DNA from: Elsinoe ampelina
Taxonomy: Eukaryota
Reading direction: 5' to 3'
NCBI GenBank assembly: GCA_010093995.1
Contig: ML992525.1
Coordinates: forward strand, 1-64,000
Length of the DNA: 64,000 bases
Part shown: in pieces, positions 1-13,694 of the stretch
Layout of the letters: the number at the start of each line of letters is the position of its first letter
Numbering within the stretch: position 1 is the first letter of the stretch
The notes under the pieces: generated by a model
What the model was told of the DNA's origin: nothing
Database searches by the model: none
What the model saw: only the letters and a program-made list of their open reading frames with translations
Translations under genes and position numbers: made by a program

Positions 1-210
1 CTAGTAGATAAGGAGTACTAAAGAACTTAAGAGATAGACGGATTTAACAAATAGTAGCTCTAGTAACTTTAGTAGTATAATATATACTATAGTTAGTATA
101 CCTCTTAGTAAGTAAGAACTATACCTCTACTAGCTTAATTAGAGTAATCTAATAGTTAACTATAATAGTAATACTTTAATTTGACAGTACTCTATCTAGA
201 CCTCTAGCTA
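1..210. mobile_element. AT-rich, RIP-mutated repeat/transposon relic (window edge)
   Basis: Very AT-rich, dense in TpA (TAG/CTA/TAA), with few CpA/TpG and no ORF. It switches abruptly to ~50% GC near 215. This is the typical RIP signature; the element family cannot be identified. Confidence 0.7.
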
Positions 211-369
211 CCAAATTTTGGTAATGCAAAGTCGGCATAAACTATCGCCAAGCCCGGGGGTGGCTCGTTTGAAGCGAATTCGACTGTATCATTCGCGGGC
301 AACCGCACAAATCAAAAATGAATGTCTGAATATGATATTTAGCTTCCCATTGATGATTCAATAACCACT

Positions 370-1964
370 ATGGCGACTGTGAGCGAGCCCTTGATGGTGG
401 GAGACGAGGATATCGAGGGTAAACCGACTCTTATCAAGAGGCTCCTGGCGAAGAGCAAGCCGCACCATGAACGAATTCCATACCTTCGACGGTTGCCATT
501 GCCTGCGATAGCCATTGTTGCTCTTCTTGTAGTGGTGAACCTGGCAGTATGGGTCGCTGCAGGCATCATTTTGGTATGCGTCCTCCCTGAGACCACTTGT
601 ATGCCGTGACTAATGAGAGCTGCAGCATTTCCACAAGTATGCACATCGAAACTGCCGAGATGCATTATCAGCTCATGATAACCAGATCCTTGATTTCCAC
701 GGCGGTGCTCTCATACACTCTCGGTCTCCGCCATGCCTTGGACGCAGATCATATCTCGGTTCGTTGCCTGAGTATGTCTTCCGCCTCTACCCAGCTGATT
801 AGCACAGGCAATCGATGTCATGACCAGGAGACTTGTGGCAGCTGGCCAACGTCCCGTCACAGTAGGAACGTTTTTCTCGCTAGGACACTCGACGTATGAG
901 AGCTACTTTACTGCTAGTCTCAACACGATCTGACTACTCCCAGCATCGTGATCATCACCTGTCTAGTCGTCGCTTCCACCGCAGCAGCCATCTCTGATCG
1001 ATTCGGTTCGTTTGGCACAGTCGGTGGCATCATTGGCTCCACCGTATCTGCAGTCTTCTTGATCGTCTTGGGTGCGATCAACATTTACATCCTCGTACGC
1101 CTTGTCCAGGAACTCCGCTTCTACCTATCCACACCGCCAGAGACACCTTACCCTCACTTCTCGTCAAACCCGTTGATCATTCCTGGACCTACCGATGCCG
1201 ATGGAAACCAGCAGCAACAGGAAATCCACGTGCATGGCCACGGTCCAATCTTGCGGTGGCTGTCGAGGCTATTCAAACTGATCGATCGTCCGTGGAAGAT
1301 GTATCCTCTCGGCGTGCTCTTCGGTCTTGGATTCGACACTTCGTCCGAGATTGCCTTACTGGGAATAGCTGCTATCAGCAGCACTCGTGGTCTCAGCATC
1401 TGGCTGATCTTGATCTTCCCTGTCCTCTTCACCGCAGGCATGTGCTTGCTGGACACACTGGACGGAGCACTGATGATGAGTCTTTACACGTCGACTAGAC
1501 TAGCAGGCGACAGAGTTGCTGTCTGCTACTACCAGGTCGTCCTTACCGGCATCACGGTCCTGGTCGCCGTTGTCATCGGTGTTCTGCAGGTTCTGAACAT
1601 GGTCGTCGCTGTTGCAGAGCCAAAGGGGAGGTTCTGGGAAGGAGTTGAGGTAGTAGGGGACCACTACGATATCATTGGAGGTGCTATCTGTGGTGCATTC
1701 GTGGTGTTTGGAGGTGCAGCCGCCATACTGTACAAACCTTGGAGAAGAAGAGTGGATGCGCAGAGGAAGAGACTGATCGTAGAGTCTCCTGACGACGATG
1801 TCCCGCATGGGGGGGAAGGTATTGTCACAGCAGTGTCATCAAAGCACGTCTGTCCTGGTGCAGCCGAGCAGACAGAGAATGAAGGGCAGACGAAAAAGGG
1901 CCCGAAGGCTTCCGAGGAGGAAGTGCTTGACGACAGACAGGGCAGAGAGGAGGAACGTGCTTGA
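370..1964 (+). CDS. nic1: High-affinity nickel/cobalt permease (NiCoT family), 5 exons
   Basis: Motifs RHALDADHI, FSLGHS(T) and LFGLGFDT. Introns at 574-625, 637-685, ~759-808 and ~894-943; 11-nt microexon at 626-636. Confidence 0.92.
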
Positions 1965-2829
1965 GATGTCCGAGGTCTCAACGGAGCTTCCAAAGGAGGA
2001 TCAATGCAATCCAGAGAAGTCAGTAGTTTTGGGATCGGACCATGTCAATCAAGCACGGTCACGTGATACGGGATGCACCAAGTCATACCAAGATTCACAT
2101 CCAGTCAATGTCCCGTATGAATATCCTGCAATCTTGTTGCAACATCGACAGTGTCGGAGAAGATCGAGGCCGACCGAGTGCCGAGATAATGCGATATAGA
2201 TCTCACTGCTGCTGACTCGACCCGATCCCTTGGGTAAAGTTAGCTAGGGGAGAACTTCACCGGTCCGATCAATGACAACTAGTCAAGGTCAGCCCTGCAA
2301 TACTACTTCTATATTTCTCCGCATTACCAACTGTAAGACTTGGACAAATACGGATGGTGTCCTTTTCCATTATGTGATCACCCGCGTTTGGGTTACGAAC
2401 GGGGTCATGGCTTTGTTTCAAGCTGGTGATCCCCTCGCGTCCTCAAATCTCTTGTCTGCAGCACGGAGAATCTTCCCTCTCCACTCTGCTTCATCGCAAC
2501 CTGAAGATCTCGCCTCACTCACCTCGCCGGCGTCTCTTGGCCACGGATCGACTAGCCATGGAAGCACTGCCAAGTACGCCCCGACCGCCCCTCAGCGTTG
2601 CTTCACCCTTCGCCGCTCCCTCCCGACATGGCCACAAGCGCTGGACCGTTCAATGCGAAACAGCCCCTCTGAGGGCGTGATGCAGAGTTTATGATCCTGA
2701 ATCTGCAGCAACGTTGCACAAGGTAGGCGTCTGATATAGTCTCTTTTGCTTCCCGTCATTTCCTACACGACTCCTGCACTGTCTTTTCTGTTTCCTACCC
2801 AAGTCATTCATTTCATCCAAGCATCTAGC

Positions 2830-4183
2830 ATGCCTTCTCTTCAGTACCTCTCGACGCTGGCCGTCGCTCTTATTTCGGCTGGCCTCGTCTCCGCTCAAGC
2901 TGCACCCCCTGCCGAGTTCCAAGTCGCACCGTCCCCAGTCGGACGCGGCGGGACGCAATTCAAGGACTCTCCTCACTTCCGTGTCTACGGTGCTCCTGAT
3001 GCCAAGGCCACCAATGCCATCGGTCAGCTCGAAGCGGCCTACGACTGCTTCATCGAGACCCTGGGCTGGCGCTCCACCGGTCTCTCCTTCAACGATGCAC
3101 AGAACGACGGGCCATGGTACAAGACTGGTGTCTATCAGGTAGCCGACCTAGGCGGTGCAGCCGGCGCCATGTCCGCAGACGGCAAGACAGGTCTAGGCTA
3201 CCTCAACGCTCTCCCCGCCTACGTCGACAACGCCGGCGTCATGGTCCACGTCCGTCCCCTCCTCCACCTCCCCTAACCATCCCCACTAACCATTTCCCCC
3301 GCAGGAATTCGGCCACGTCATGACCTACCACGAACAAACCTGGGTCAACCAAGGCAACACAGGCGCCTGGTGGGAAACCGTCGCCAACTTCGTCGCCGAC
3401 ACATACCAAACCTCCCCCCTCTGCGCCTCCGCCCGGCAAGCCAACTCCCAACCCACCGCAACCACCACCAACATCAACCTCGACAAACTCATCTCCAACT
3501 CCTTCCGCGTCCTCGTCGACGGCTCCCAAGGCACAGGCAACTACTACGAAGCCTGGCCCTTCCTCACCTACCTGACCAACAACCCCGACGCCTTCCCAAA
3601 GCTAGGCAACGACACCCTCCGCCAACTCTTCCGCCAATACGCCCCCCGCTCCAACGAAACCCCCCTGCACACCCTCGAGCGCGTCGCCGCCCCCGAGACC
3701 TCCCTCCAGCGCATCGTAGGCCGCTACTGGGCCCGCATGGCCTTCGTCGACATCGGCCACCCCTTGGCGCAAGCGGCCTTCACGCGCTCCCGCGCGCGCC
3801 TCAACTACGCCAACGTCGACCCCGCGGGCGTCGAGGGGACGTACCGCGTCAAATCCGACAGGAGACCGTTCTACATGGGCGCCAACATTGTGCCGCTCAA
3901 GACCACGGGAGGCGCGGCCGTGACGGCGCGGGTCCAGACCGTGTCGCCGGGTAAGATGACGGCGACGGTGGCGGTCAAGGGGCCGCAGGGGACGCGGTAC
4001 GTGGATCTGGTCGGCGAGGTGGGCGATGCGAGGGCCGAGTTTGAGGTGGGGCAGGGGGAGGAGGCCATGTTGGTTGTGGCGAATACGCCGGAGGTGATCG
4101 TGTATAATGGGTTTCAGTTGCCGGGGAGTCAGGCTTTGTGGGGGTTGGATTGGAGTGTGACGTTGACGGGGGCTACGGCTTAG
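2830..4183 (+). CDS. Secreted putative zinc metallopeptidase (HExxH; DUF6055-like), 2 exons
   Basis: Signal peptide MPSLQYLSTLAVALISAGLVSA. Removing intron 3250-3304 gives VMVHEFGHVMTYHE, followed by WWETVANF. Confidence 0.75.
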
Positions 4184-4555
4184 GTGTGGGGAAAGGGTGG
4201 AGGGGAGGAGGAGGGACAGGAGGGGTTTATGGGGAACAGGGAGGTGAGATGTTGCATGCATGAGTGGGCGGGAGGGTGGGCGGAGGCACGTTGTAGTCGG
4301 CTTCGATTCTTGTGTGATATACTTTTATTTCTTTGGGACTATTGGAATCATCATCCTGGCCCTGGTTGCTCCTGACTACGCTTCTTGCGATTCTTGGTCG
4401 TGACTCGTTCGTGAAACTATTATGAGATCCTTCCTGGTGACCTGACCAACTCCATTATGCTTGGGGGAGATACTCGACCCCGATGCCTCACAAGTGTAAT
4501 GAAATTCGTGAATGTGTGAAATGCCGTCAACATGCACCCGTCGTGGATCTTCAAT

Positions 4556-5624
4556 CTAATCGTCTCCTGGGTTCTGGTGTTTGGATAGACTCGAGTTGGA
4601 GTAGTTGTACCTTAGATCTGGTGCCCGACGCATAGCCTCGTGGGCGAAGAGTTGCTTGAGGCTGCCACTACCCTGACGAGACGTCTCACCCATAGGCTTC
4701 TTCTCGTAAGTGAGCTCTCCTTCAACGACACGGAAAGCTGTGGCTGTGCTAGCGTGACTTCTCAACGAGGCTTGCCCTTCCGCTTTGTGAACACTTGCTG
4801 GAGCAGTGACGGGCATGACGAGGTCTATTGATCGGGTGCTGTGGTGACGCTGACCATTCCAGTGCACTGGTCGGTTGGGAGCTGTCCGAGAAACAGAGTT
4901 GTAGCTACTCGAAGGAGAGGTCATGGAATTGGGTGTGTGGCTGAGGGACGGCAGTGTAGAGTGCGAAGAGGTGTTCTGTCCACGATAGTAGCCTGGCCTT
5001 GGAGTGCGGCGAGCTGGACTGCCGCTGCTATTTGACAGGAACTGAGAGAGGTATTTCGAAGCCTCCGAGTCTGCCCTGCTCATACCCGGGCGGTTGAATA
5101 TCGAGCCGTCGTCCGAGGCTATACTCGTTGGTCGGAGGACTGTCGGTGATCGCTGCGGGACAATGTCCGCATATGTTGAAGAGGGGTCGAAGGTAGTCGT
5201 CGGGGAAGGAGAGGGGAAGCCAGCGTCCAAGCAGGCCGAGAGTGGTCGCGCGCCGTCCTTCTTGCGGCACCTGATTCATGTCAATTGGATTCCATAACCT
5301 TGAATAGATGGACTTACGCTTCCGAGCAGTATAGTAATGAGGCATTGGGTGTGATGATCTGCTTCTCGCACGTCGTGCTACAATCATGTCAGACCTCTTG
5401 CTGCAATTACTCCGCAACAATACAACCTACCAGTAGTTTGGAAGCCCTGCCATTTCTCTCCAATCGTCCTCCTCAATATCGGCTTTTGAATCCCTCTTCG
5501 TGCTCTTACCACTTCCGGGCGAACTCTTGTGCGTACCCTTGCTGAACTTTAATGTTGACGGCTTTGTATTCTTCAGGTGTCCTCGACCATATGAGTTTGA
5601 ACGAACGGTGCCCAGTCTGGTCAT
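4556..5624 (-). CDS. Ecl1-like life-span regulatory factor, 3 exons
   Basis: Exons 5624-5431, 5377-5318 and 5270-4556 splice to YCTTCEKQIITPNASLLYCSEACRKKD, the Ecl1 Cys motif, followed by a Ser/Pro-rich tail. Confidence 0.85.
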
Positions 5625-7340
5625 TTCAAGGATGTTGGAAGTGGGATTTGTTGAAAGATAACGAGTGAATCGAGTCGTGGTCAACAACGATCGACCAAGA
5701 CACGAGGTGTTTGGGAGACGGCTCGGACCAGCTGGCGGTGTATTGTGTGTGACTGTGTAAAGATAGCAGTGCTTATCTGCAAGTCCCGAGCAAGGGTCAG
5801 TAGTGAAACGTATGATAGGGACGTCGTATAAACAATTGGTAGCAAAACACAACGGTCAAGACATACTGTCTTTCACCGATTGTGGAGAGAAGATTTGCAA
5901 AAGAGAAAGACACTGTGTACATCTCATGGTGCAATTGAGCGTCAGGGTGGTGCGTACCGTGGATGGCCAGCCGGGTATCAGCGGGTGAGGGCGGTAACTG
6001 TGATAAAGGGCGGGGTGCACGAGCCTCGTTGCAGATAAGACGATCGTGTGGCTGCTGAGGCGGTCAGATATGGCTGAGTAGTAAGTATGTTTGAACACAG
6101 AAAGGAATGCAAAAGGATGCGGGAGATGGACAAGATATACGATGATCAGACAGACTTTGGAAAGGCACACCGCCAGGCGTCAACAGCTGTGGATCCTTGT
6201 GTCGGTGGTTACGAATGTGGTCCATCAGAACCGTTTGTTTCGTGCGGTGCTTGCTTGCCATGTCGAGGTACCTGTTATTACTCAAGACGCGAAGGATGGG
6301 CGACGGTGCCATTTAGCATTACTCGGTCGCGGAATCTTGCGTGCTGCCGAGGCCGTGATTGCACTGGTCGGTGGCCTGTCACTTCTTGACCGTTGACCAA
6401 CCTTAGGACCTGCATATCCGATGCGTGACTGGCGTTTGTGCCGCATGTATAGTGGGCGCAGAAAGACTCTAGCTAGACTCACGTCGCGATCGCCGACCAA
6501 TGAGGCATTTCTTACCTGACCACGCGAGAGAGATATTCTCTCAGACCGAGTGTTTCAATGCGAGCCAGTCATGGTTCCTGTCCAGTGGAATGCTGGTTGT
6601 GCAAGGATGACTGAAAAGAGCCCCAGTGCGGCCCCTCCTTCCTGGTTTGGCCCGCTCGATCTGAGGTGGTTTTGCACGCTTTTGTTCAAGCGAGCGTTAT
6701 TCGTTTGTATACATCATTTGGCGTGCGCGGGACGGCCGAAGGAGTCTTGGGCGTCCGCAGTGCCCCTGTACTACCTCGGGCGTGTCAATCGCCGGATGCT
6801 CCGTTGTCGATAACAAAACATCAAATCGACAGGGATGCAAACAGTTCCCCAGTCCCTTGCCTGACGAAGATCCAAATCGGGAGTGCACTGATCAGCGTGA
6901 TTTTCCACGACGAACGAGTGACTTGGCACTCAGCCACGACTGTGGGACCTGTTCCTGCAAAAACCCCACGCAAAACTGATTCGTGTCTTCGAGAATTGTG
7001 GTCCAATTGCCCGATATAGCGTACTGTGACGAAAATTCGTATGCTGAAATCCACAGCGTTCGCGTTGCCTACGGGATGTCTGGTTCCGAGCAAGAAAAAT
7101 ATTGCAAATACTCGTCATTCCCTCCGCCATGACGAGCTTGAAGGTTTGCGGCTTACCCATTCTCTGTTCAGGAGTTGTCGGAGTCAATGCGAGCTTGTGC
7201 GTGCTTCTGGCGTGTGGAAAGTCAATAGCCGATGTCAGCCGAGCCTCACATATAATCTGACCCCTGACCATCTTCACTTCACATTCACATGTCACATTCC
7301 TACCCTCACTTTTTGATGCCACAGAAAGCAAAAATGACAA

Positions 7341-7462
7341 TAGGCGCAGCGTGGAGTCGAACCTCGCGTCTCCTCAGGGCTTCTAGGACGCGTCCCTGCC
7401 GAGACAGGTAGCCATCTAGTACTTCTCACTCTGAATTGCACTAACCGTTGAGCTATACGCCT
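7341..7462 (-). ncRNA. Pol III tRNA-like gene (atypical intron-containing tRNA or tRNA pseudogene; anticodon undetermined)
   Basis: A box TAGCTCAACGG (7455-7445) and B box GGTTCGACTCC (7363-7353). Acceptor stem AGGCGTA/TGCGCCT plus discriminator A, a D arm, a T loop TTCGACT, and a T5 terminator at 7334-7330. Confidence 0.7.
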
Positions 7463-7716
7463 GGGAGAACGGTAGGTCATGATTTCATATATACCTTACT
7501 CCAGCGACCGTGTCACATGTCAGACCTGAAGACTGGTAAGGAGGGAATGTCTCAATTACCTTCAAACCATCTTAAAGGGCACGTATGCGCACATGTGTAA
7601 AGTATGAAAAGGGATGTTGAAAGTCGGGCAGAAAGTAATTAACATGCTATTTTGGTATCATACAATTCAGCAAATCATCCAGAAACGCCATTCCTGCCTT
7701 TTATTTCAGTGACTGA

Positions 7717-9802
7717 TCAATCAGTCTCCATCTTCGTCTCGAACCATCCATTAATCTCATCAACGATATCAGCCTTCTTGCCTGACACTTTGATGCCCTT
7801 TGTTTGCGCCCACGCCTTGAGTACAGCTACAGTCAACTTGCTGATCGTGTTCTTCTGGAAGTAAACCCTCATCTCGGCATCGGTCGGAGCACCATCGCTC
7901 GAGCTGGCTTTTGCACCACCGTCGGCAGTCTTGCTCTTCTTTGACGCGGTGCCATTTGAGCCTGATCCACGTTTCGTCGCGCCACTATCAGAGATCTGGC
8001 CAAAGTCCTTTGCTGATGACTTGTGCTGTTGCTCCAAAGCATTGCCCCACTCCATGACGTACTCTCCCACACGCTTGTCGATCTGTTTGTAACGAGGGAT
8101 CGTCTTGTCCACCGGCTGCTCAGGTAGATCCTCGTCAAGAGCCAGTGCTTGTAAGATCCTGTAGAACCATTGCAGTGCAGGATTTGGATATTTGCTCGGG
8201 TCGTACCGGCCGCCAGGGAGCTGCAAGTTCTGCAGAACAGTACGCATACCGTCGATGAGGTGATCTGGGGCACGAATCACTCCTCCCTCAGGTGGTGAAC
8301 GAACATCGTCGGCAAATGGTAGCGGATGAATCCAGAGTCCAGCTGGCATCCTCTGCACTCCGCTGTCATCAAGCTCTTCTTCGCTGGCGATGATGGCAGT
8401 CAGAGTCGGCACTGAGTTGCGGCGAGGAATGTACCAGGCCACGCCCATCACGTTGGACTTGACCAGCTTCTGCTGCAAGGCAGAGAAGACACGACAGCTG
8501 CCAACGAAGCCGTCTTCGGAGGGATAGATGAATGTGGATGGTCGATAATTCGCCCAAGAAGGCAATAGCTTCAGAGGCTTGAAGCCAATGATGCGGAGGA
8601 CTGGCTCGCCAAAGTTCCTGACTGCCCTGATCTCCTCTTCTGTAAAAGTGATCGTCTCACCTCCAAACTTGTAAGCCTTACGAATCTCAACCTTCTCGAC
8701 AGACCTTGCGGTATCCTCCGCCATCAATGCTGACACACCTGTGGCGATTTGAGCCTTTTCGCCACCGATATAGACGTACGAGTTGCGGATGGGCTCTTGA
8801 CGCTTGAAGAGAATGTAGCCCCTGATTGAGATCTTGAGACCTGGTCCAATCTCAAACGGCAGGTTGGAAAATTGCGAGCGTCTTGGCGCCGCTTTGGAAT
8901 GCACTTCGGAAAGTAAGGATTGGAGCAGCGAAATGCCGTCGCCGCTTGCTGATGCTTTGGCAGCTTGGGTAAGTGGGGCTGGCGCGTCTGGATCTGTAGG
9001 TAACGAGCTGTATATGATGTCCTGAGACATGTCAGTCCTATCTTCATATATGGGGCAATCGACCTACGTCGTAGAACTTGGAGCGGTCGAAGACGTGATC
9101 AGCCCTAGAGATTGGAAATAGCTCAATGGCAACCCCTAGATCATACAAGTCCTTTGCTCGTACTGCTGCTGCAGATCTCAGATTCTTATTGGAAGCATGT
9201 GGATTATCGTTATCGGTAACAATGAAGAGTCGACGCGAAGAGAAGTTCGGCGCCTTGGTAGTAAAGATCTGATTGGCGCAAAAGAGGACGTTGGCCATGG
9301 AGACATCCTCCGAGGAAGCCTTGAGCAGCTTCTCAGATTCCTCCTCATCTTCAACGATACTCTTCAAGAGCTTCACGTCGGCAGCTGCAGGTACATCAAG
9401 GTCGGTCAGGAGATAGCAGTAAGGGTACGACAGTCCTTTGGTGGTCTCATCCTCGTCCTGGAAACGTGACTTCTCTGTGCCGAACAGCAATACGCCCATC
9501 ATATCGTTCGGATTTGAGATGATCCTTTGCTGCATGAGTGAATAGGCACATTTGAGTGCTGCGACAGTTGGTCTGTCTTTGTCGCTGCTATTGCCGGTCG
9601 AATCAGATGGCGATTTGAGCATTGTGCTGCTGACGTCAATCGCAAATAGAACGGCATCTTTGATGGTCTTGTAGCCCTGGAAGATGTCAGATGTTGTAAT
9701 GCTACATATCGCGAATGTGCGAGATCATACACTCTCGTCCACCTCCTCTTCTTCGTCATCGTCACCGCCATCACGACCGGAGTAGCGTGAAGGCTCGCCC
9801 AT
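7717..9802 (-). CDS. ku70: Ku70 (NHEJ DNA end-binding subunit), 3 exons
   Basis: Motifs [31 protein letters not shown] and a C-terminal SAP domain ([10 protein letters not shown]). Introns at 9730-9677 and 9067-9022. Confidence 0.96.
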
Positions 9803-9981
9803 GATCGAGCCGAGCTGGTCCTAGACTTTCATGTGGAGGTTGATATCGGCCTGCAACTATCACGGCTTTGTTGCGAGCAAAGTTGAAGGTTATGCGACTT
9901 CGTTCACAGGACGTGTAAAGTGGTCCAGGCAGCAAACGCGGACTAAAACGCGAAGTCAGGTGAAAGAAGAGCCGCAAGGAT

Positions 9982-10001
9982 AATTGACAGACCGGCATTG
10001 G
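9982..10001 (-). promoter_or_regulatory. Candidate CBC-HapX site (CCAAT-N12-ATT) in the ku70/hem15 divergent promoter
   Basis: The minus strand reads CCAAT gccggtctgtca ATT. A second CCAAT lies at ~10052. A short motif like this can occur by chance. Confidence 0.35.
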
Positions 10002-10102
10002 TCGGAGCTTCGCGGCAGCTTCCGAGCATCCTTTTGAGATCCGCGGGTCGACCAATGAGCAACGTCATCGAATGCGGAAATGCAGCTCTTTTTACTTTTT
10101 AA

Positions 10103-11464
<1,362 letters not shown>

Positions 11465-11817
11465 ACGCATGCTGGAAGGTTGAGACGAACGACTGGGTTG
11501 TAAATATTCATGTATCACAGCATGGCGAAAAGTTCGGAATGGTTAAGAATGTATTCGTCATGTACACAACTGTACCAATCCGCTATGCCCACGAAACCAT
11601 TCGCCATGCACGCCTAGGTATCAACATCGATTGGACAATCTCGTGAAGTCGTGCGTAAAGTACCCCAACTCAGTTGGCTACCAAACGCCAAGTTCGGACA
11701 TCTCCTCCACACTGCGGGCTTTACCATAATGTTTCCGCCTTGCATCTAATGAATCGTACACCTCTCTGCCTCTTCCTACCATCTACCACTGACCATTCCC
11801 CCTCTCACCTTCCCATC

Positions 11818-13694
11818 TCAACCAACACTAACCAACTCCCCCCTCTCCTCCCCACTCCCGGACGACACCTTACTCTCCTCCTCGACCTGCACTGCTCAAA
11901 AATCAGCAAAGTCTCAATCAATCTTCGCATCCCCCAACTCACCGTTCGGCTTGACGAACCACGCGAAAATAAACGCCAACCCAAACGTCGCCGTCAAACA
12001 AACAAACACCGTCTGCCTGAACGACTCCACCGTGGCAATGAAAATGGTCTGGAAGATCGTCGGCGCCACCACGCGAGCCAGCGCGTGCAGTAGCCCCAGC
12101 GCACCGAGCAGCTGCCCCGTCTTCTCGGGCGGGACGTGTTTCGTCAACGCGCTCTGCAGCGTCGGACTCCCCATGCCGCCGAGAGAGGCGACGACGCCGG
12201 AGAAGATCATGACCGACCCTTGACGGGCGAGGGTGTAGCCTAGGTAGCCGACGGTGTCGAAGAAGACGGCGGTGCGGATGACCATGAGGTCGAAGTAGTC
12301 TGAGCCGTGGTGTTTGCGGCTCATGGCGTGGGGGTTCGGTTTGCCGCGGACGAGACGGGTGATGGTGGGGAGGATGACGAAGAGGGAGAGGACTCGTGCG
12401 GTGTTGACGATGCTCATGAAGACGCCGGATTCGTAAGTTTGCCAGTTGAACTGGAAGCGGACGTAGATGAGGATGACGGTCATGCTGCCCATCGCGACGC
12501 CGAACATGAGCGTGTCGACGGCGGCGAGGAGGATGAGGTTACGGCGGAGTTCGGGGGTCGAGCCAGGACCGGTGGGCCACATGACTTTGAGAGGGGCGAC
12601 GAGGTTGATGCTTCGGAGTTGGTCGATCCAGTCGTTTGAGGTTTGGCGGGCGGAATTGAGGGATTCGTGCTTGTCGCGGGCGATTTGTTGTCGTCCTTTG
12701 GATAATGATTCCGGTGCGATGAAGCCCATGAAGAGGAGGAAGAAGATGTGGACGCCGAGCATGATGTAGAAGACAGTCAATGGGGTACCAGTGGATCTAG
12801 TGATGAGACCGGCCAGAATGGGACCAGCAGCGATTCCTGTGAAGAGGCATCCATGAAACATGGCAAAGGCGACACTTCGGAAAGCCGGAGTAGTGCAGTC
12901 GGTGGCATATGCATGAACGATGGCAAAAGCTGTGGTGAATGAGCCACAGATACCATCAAGGGCAAACCCGAGCAAGATCCAATTGACAGAGAAGGTCTCT
13001 GGATTGCTCGCGGCCATGATCGTGATAACATCGCCGCTCAAGGAACCGAGACTGGTAATGGCGATCATCTTGCAGCGACCATAACGATCTGAGAGAGCTC
13101 CGAGCTTCGGGGCGGTTATGGCAGAAAGGAGACCTGCTATCAGGTTGCCATACAGAGTGAATTGCGCTGAACGCTTTTCTACTTCGGCAACCTGACATTG
13201 TGGATTGGCACCATCGAATACCACCGGAGCAGCGATAAAGCCAGGGATGGCTGTCTTCTGTTCGTCCAGATATTCTCGGCACAGCAGATTTATGATCAGG
13301 TTGACTCTAGGTGTGATGATGCCTCCATAGGAAATCGCCAGGATAGAGAAGGGTACTAATACCCAGTAGATCTATACATAACCAGTCAGGATCATCTCTC
13401 GAGGGGTTCTTGATAACCACATACCGACGGCCTCTTGTACCATGGTAAACCGGCAAACTCATCTACTGGTGGTTCGTCCTCATCATCACCACCGGAACCG
13501 TCCTTTTTGTTGTTCAGAAGAGGTTGGTCTTCGTCTGCTTCGTGCAGTAAGTCGGCATCAATTCCTCCCCGCGCTGCTACAGTATTGTATTGCCCGGCCC
13601 GACTGTTACTACTGCTAGCTCTTGCAACTTGAGCCCTCATGGCTTTCCTATCTATCGCGGCGTCTGCGACAAAGGCCGGGTCTGTATTGTCCAT
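11818..13694 (-). CDS. MFS transporter (tetracycline-efflux/SLC46-like), 3 exons
   Basis: MFS motif A LGALSDRYGRCK and about 12 hydrophobic segments. Introns near 13425-13372 and 11942-11892; last exon ends ...ELVSVG*. Confidence 0.88.

Noticed and set aside
5700..7320. Numerous 60-140 aa ORFs upstream of the Ecl1-like gene
   Set aside because: They overlap on both strands with no codon bias or motifs, which is consistent with non-coding regulatory or UTR sequence.
7341..7462. Possible selenocysteine tRNA (TCA occurs in the 5' half)
   Set aside because: The TCA lies in the stem rather than the loop, and there is no long variable arm or 9/4 fold.
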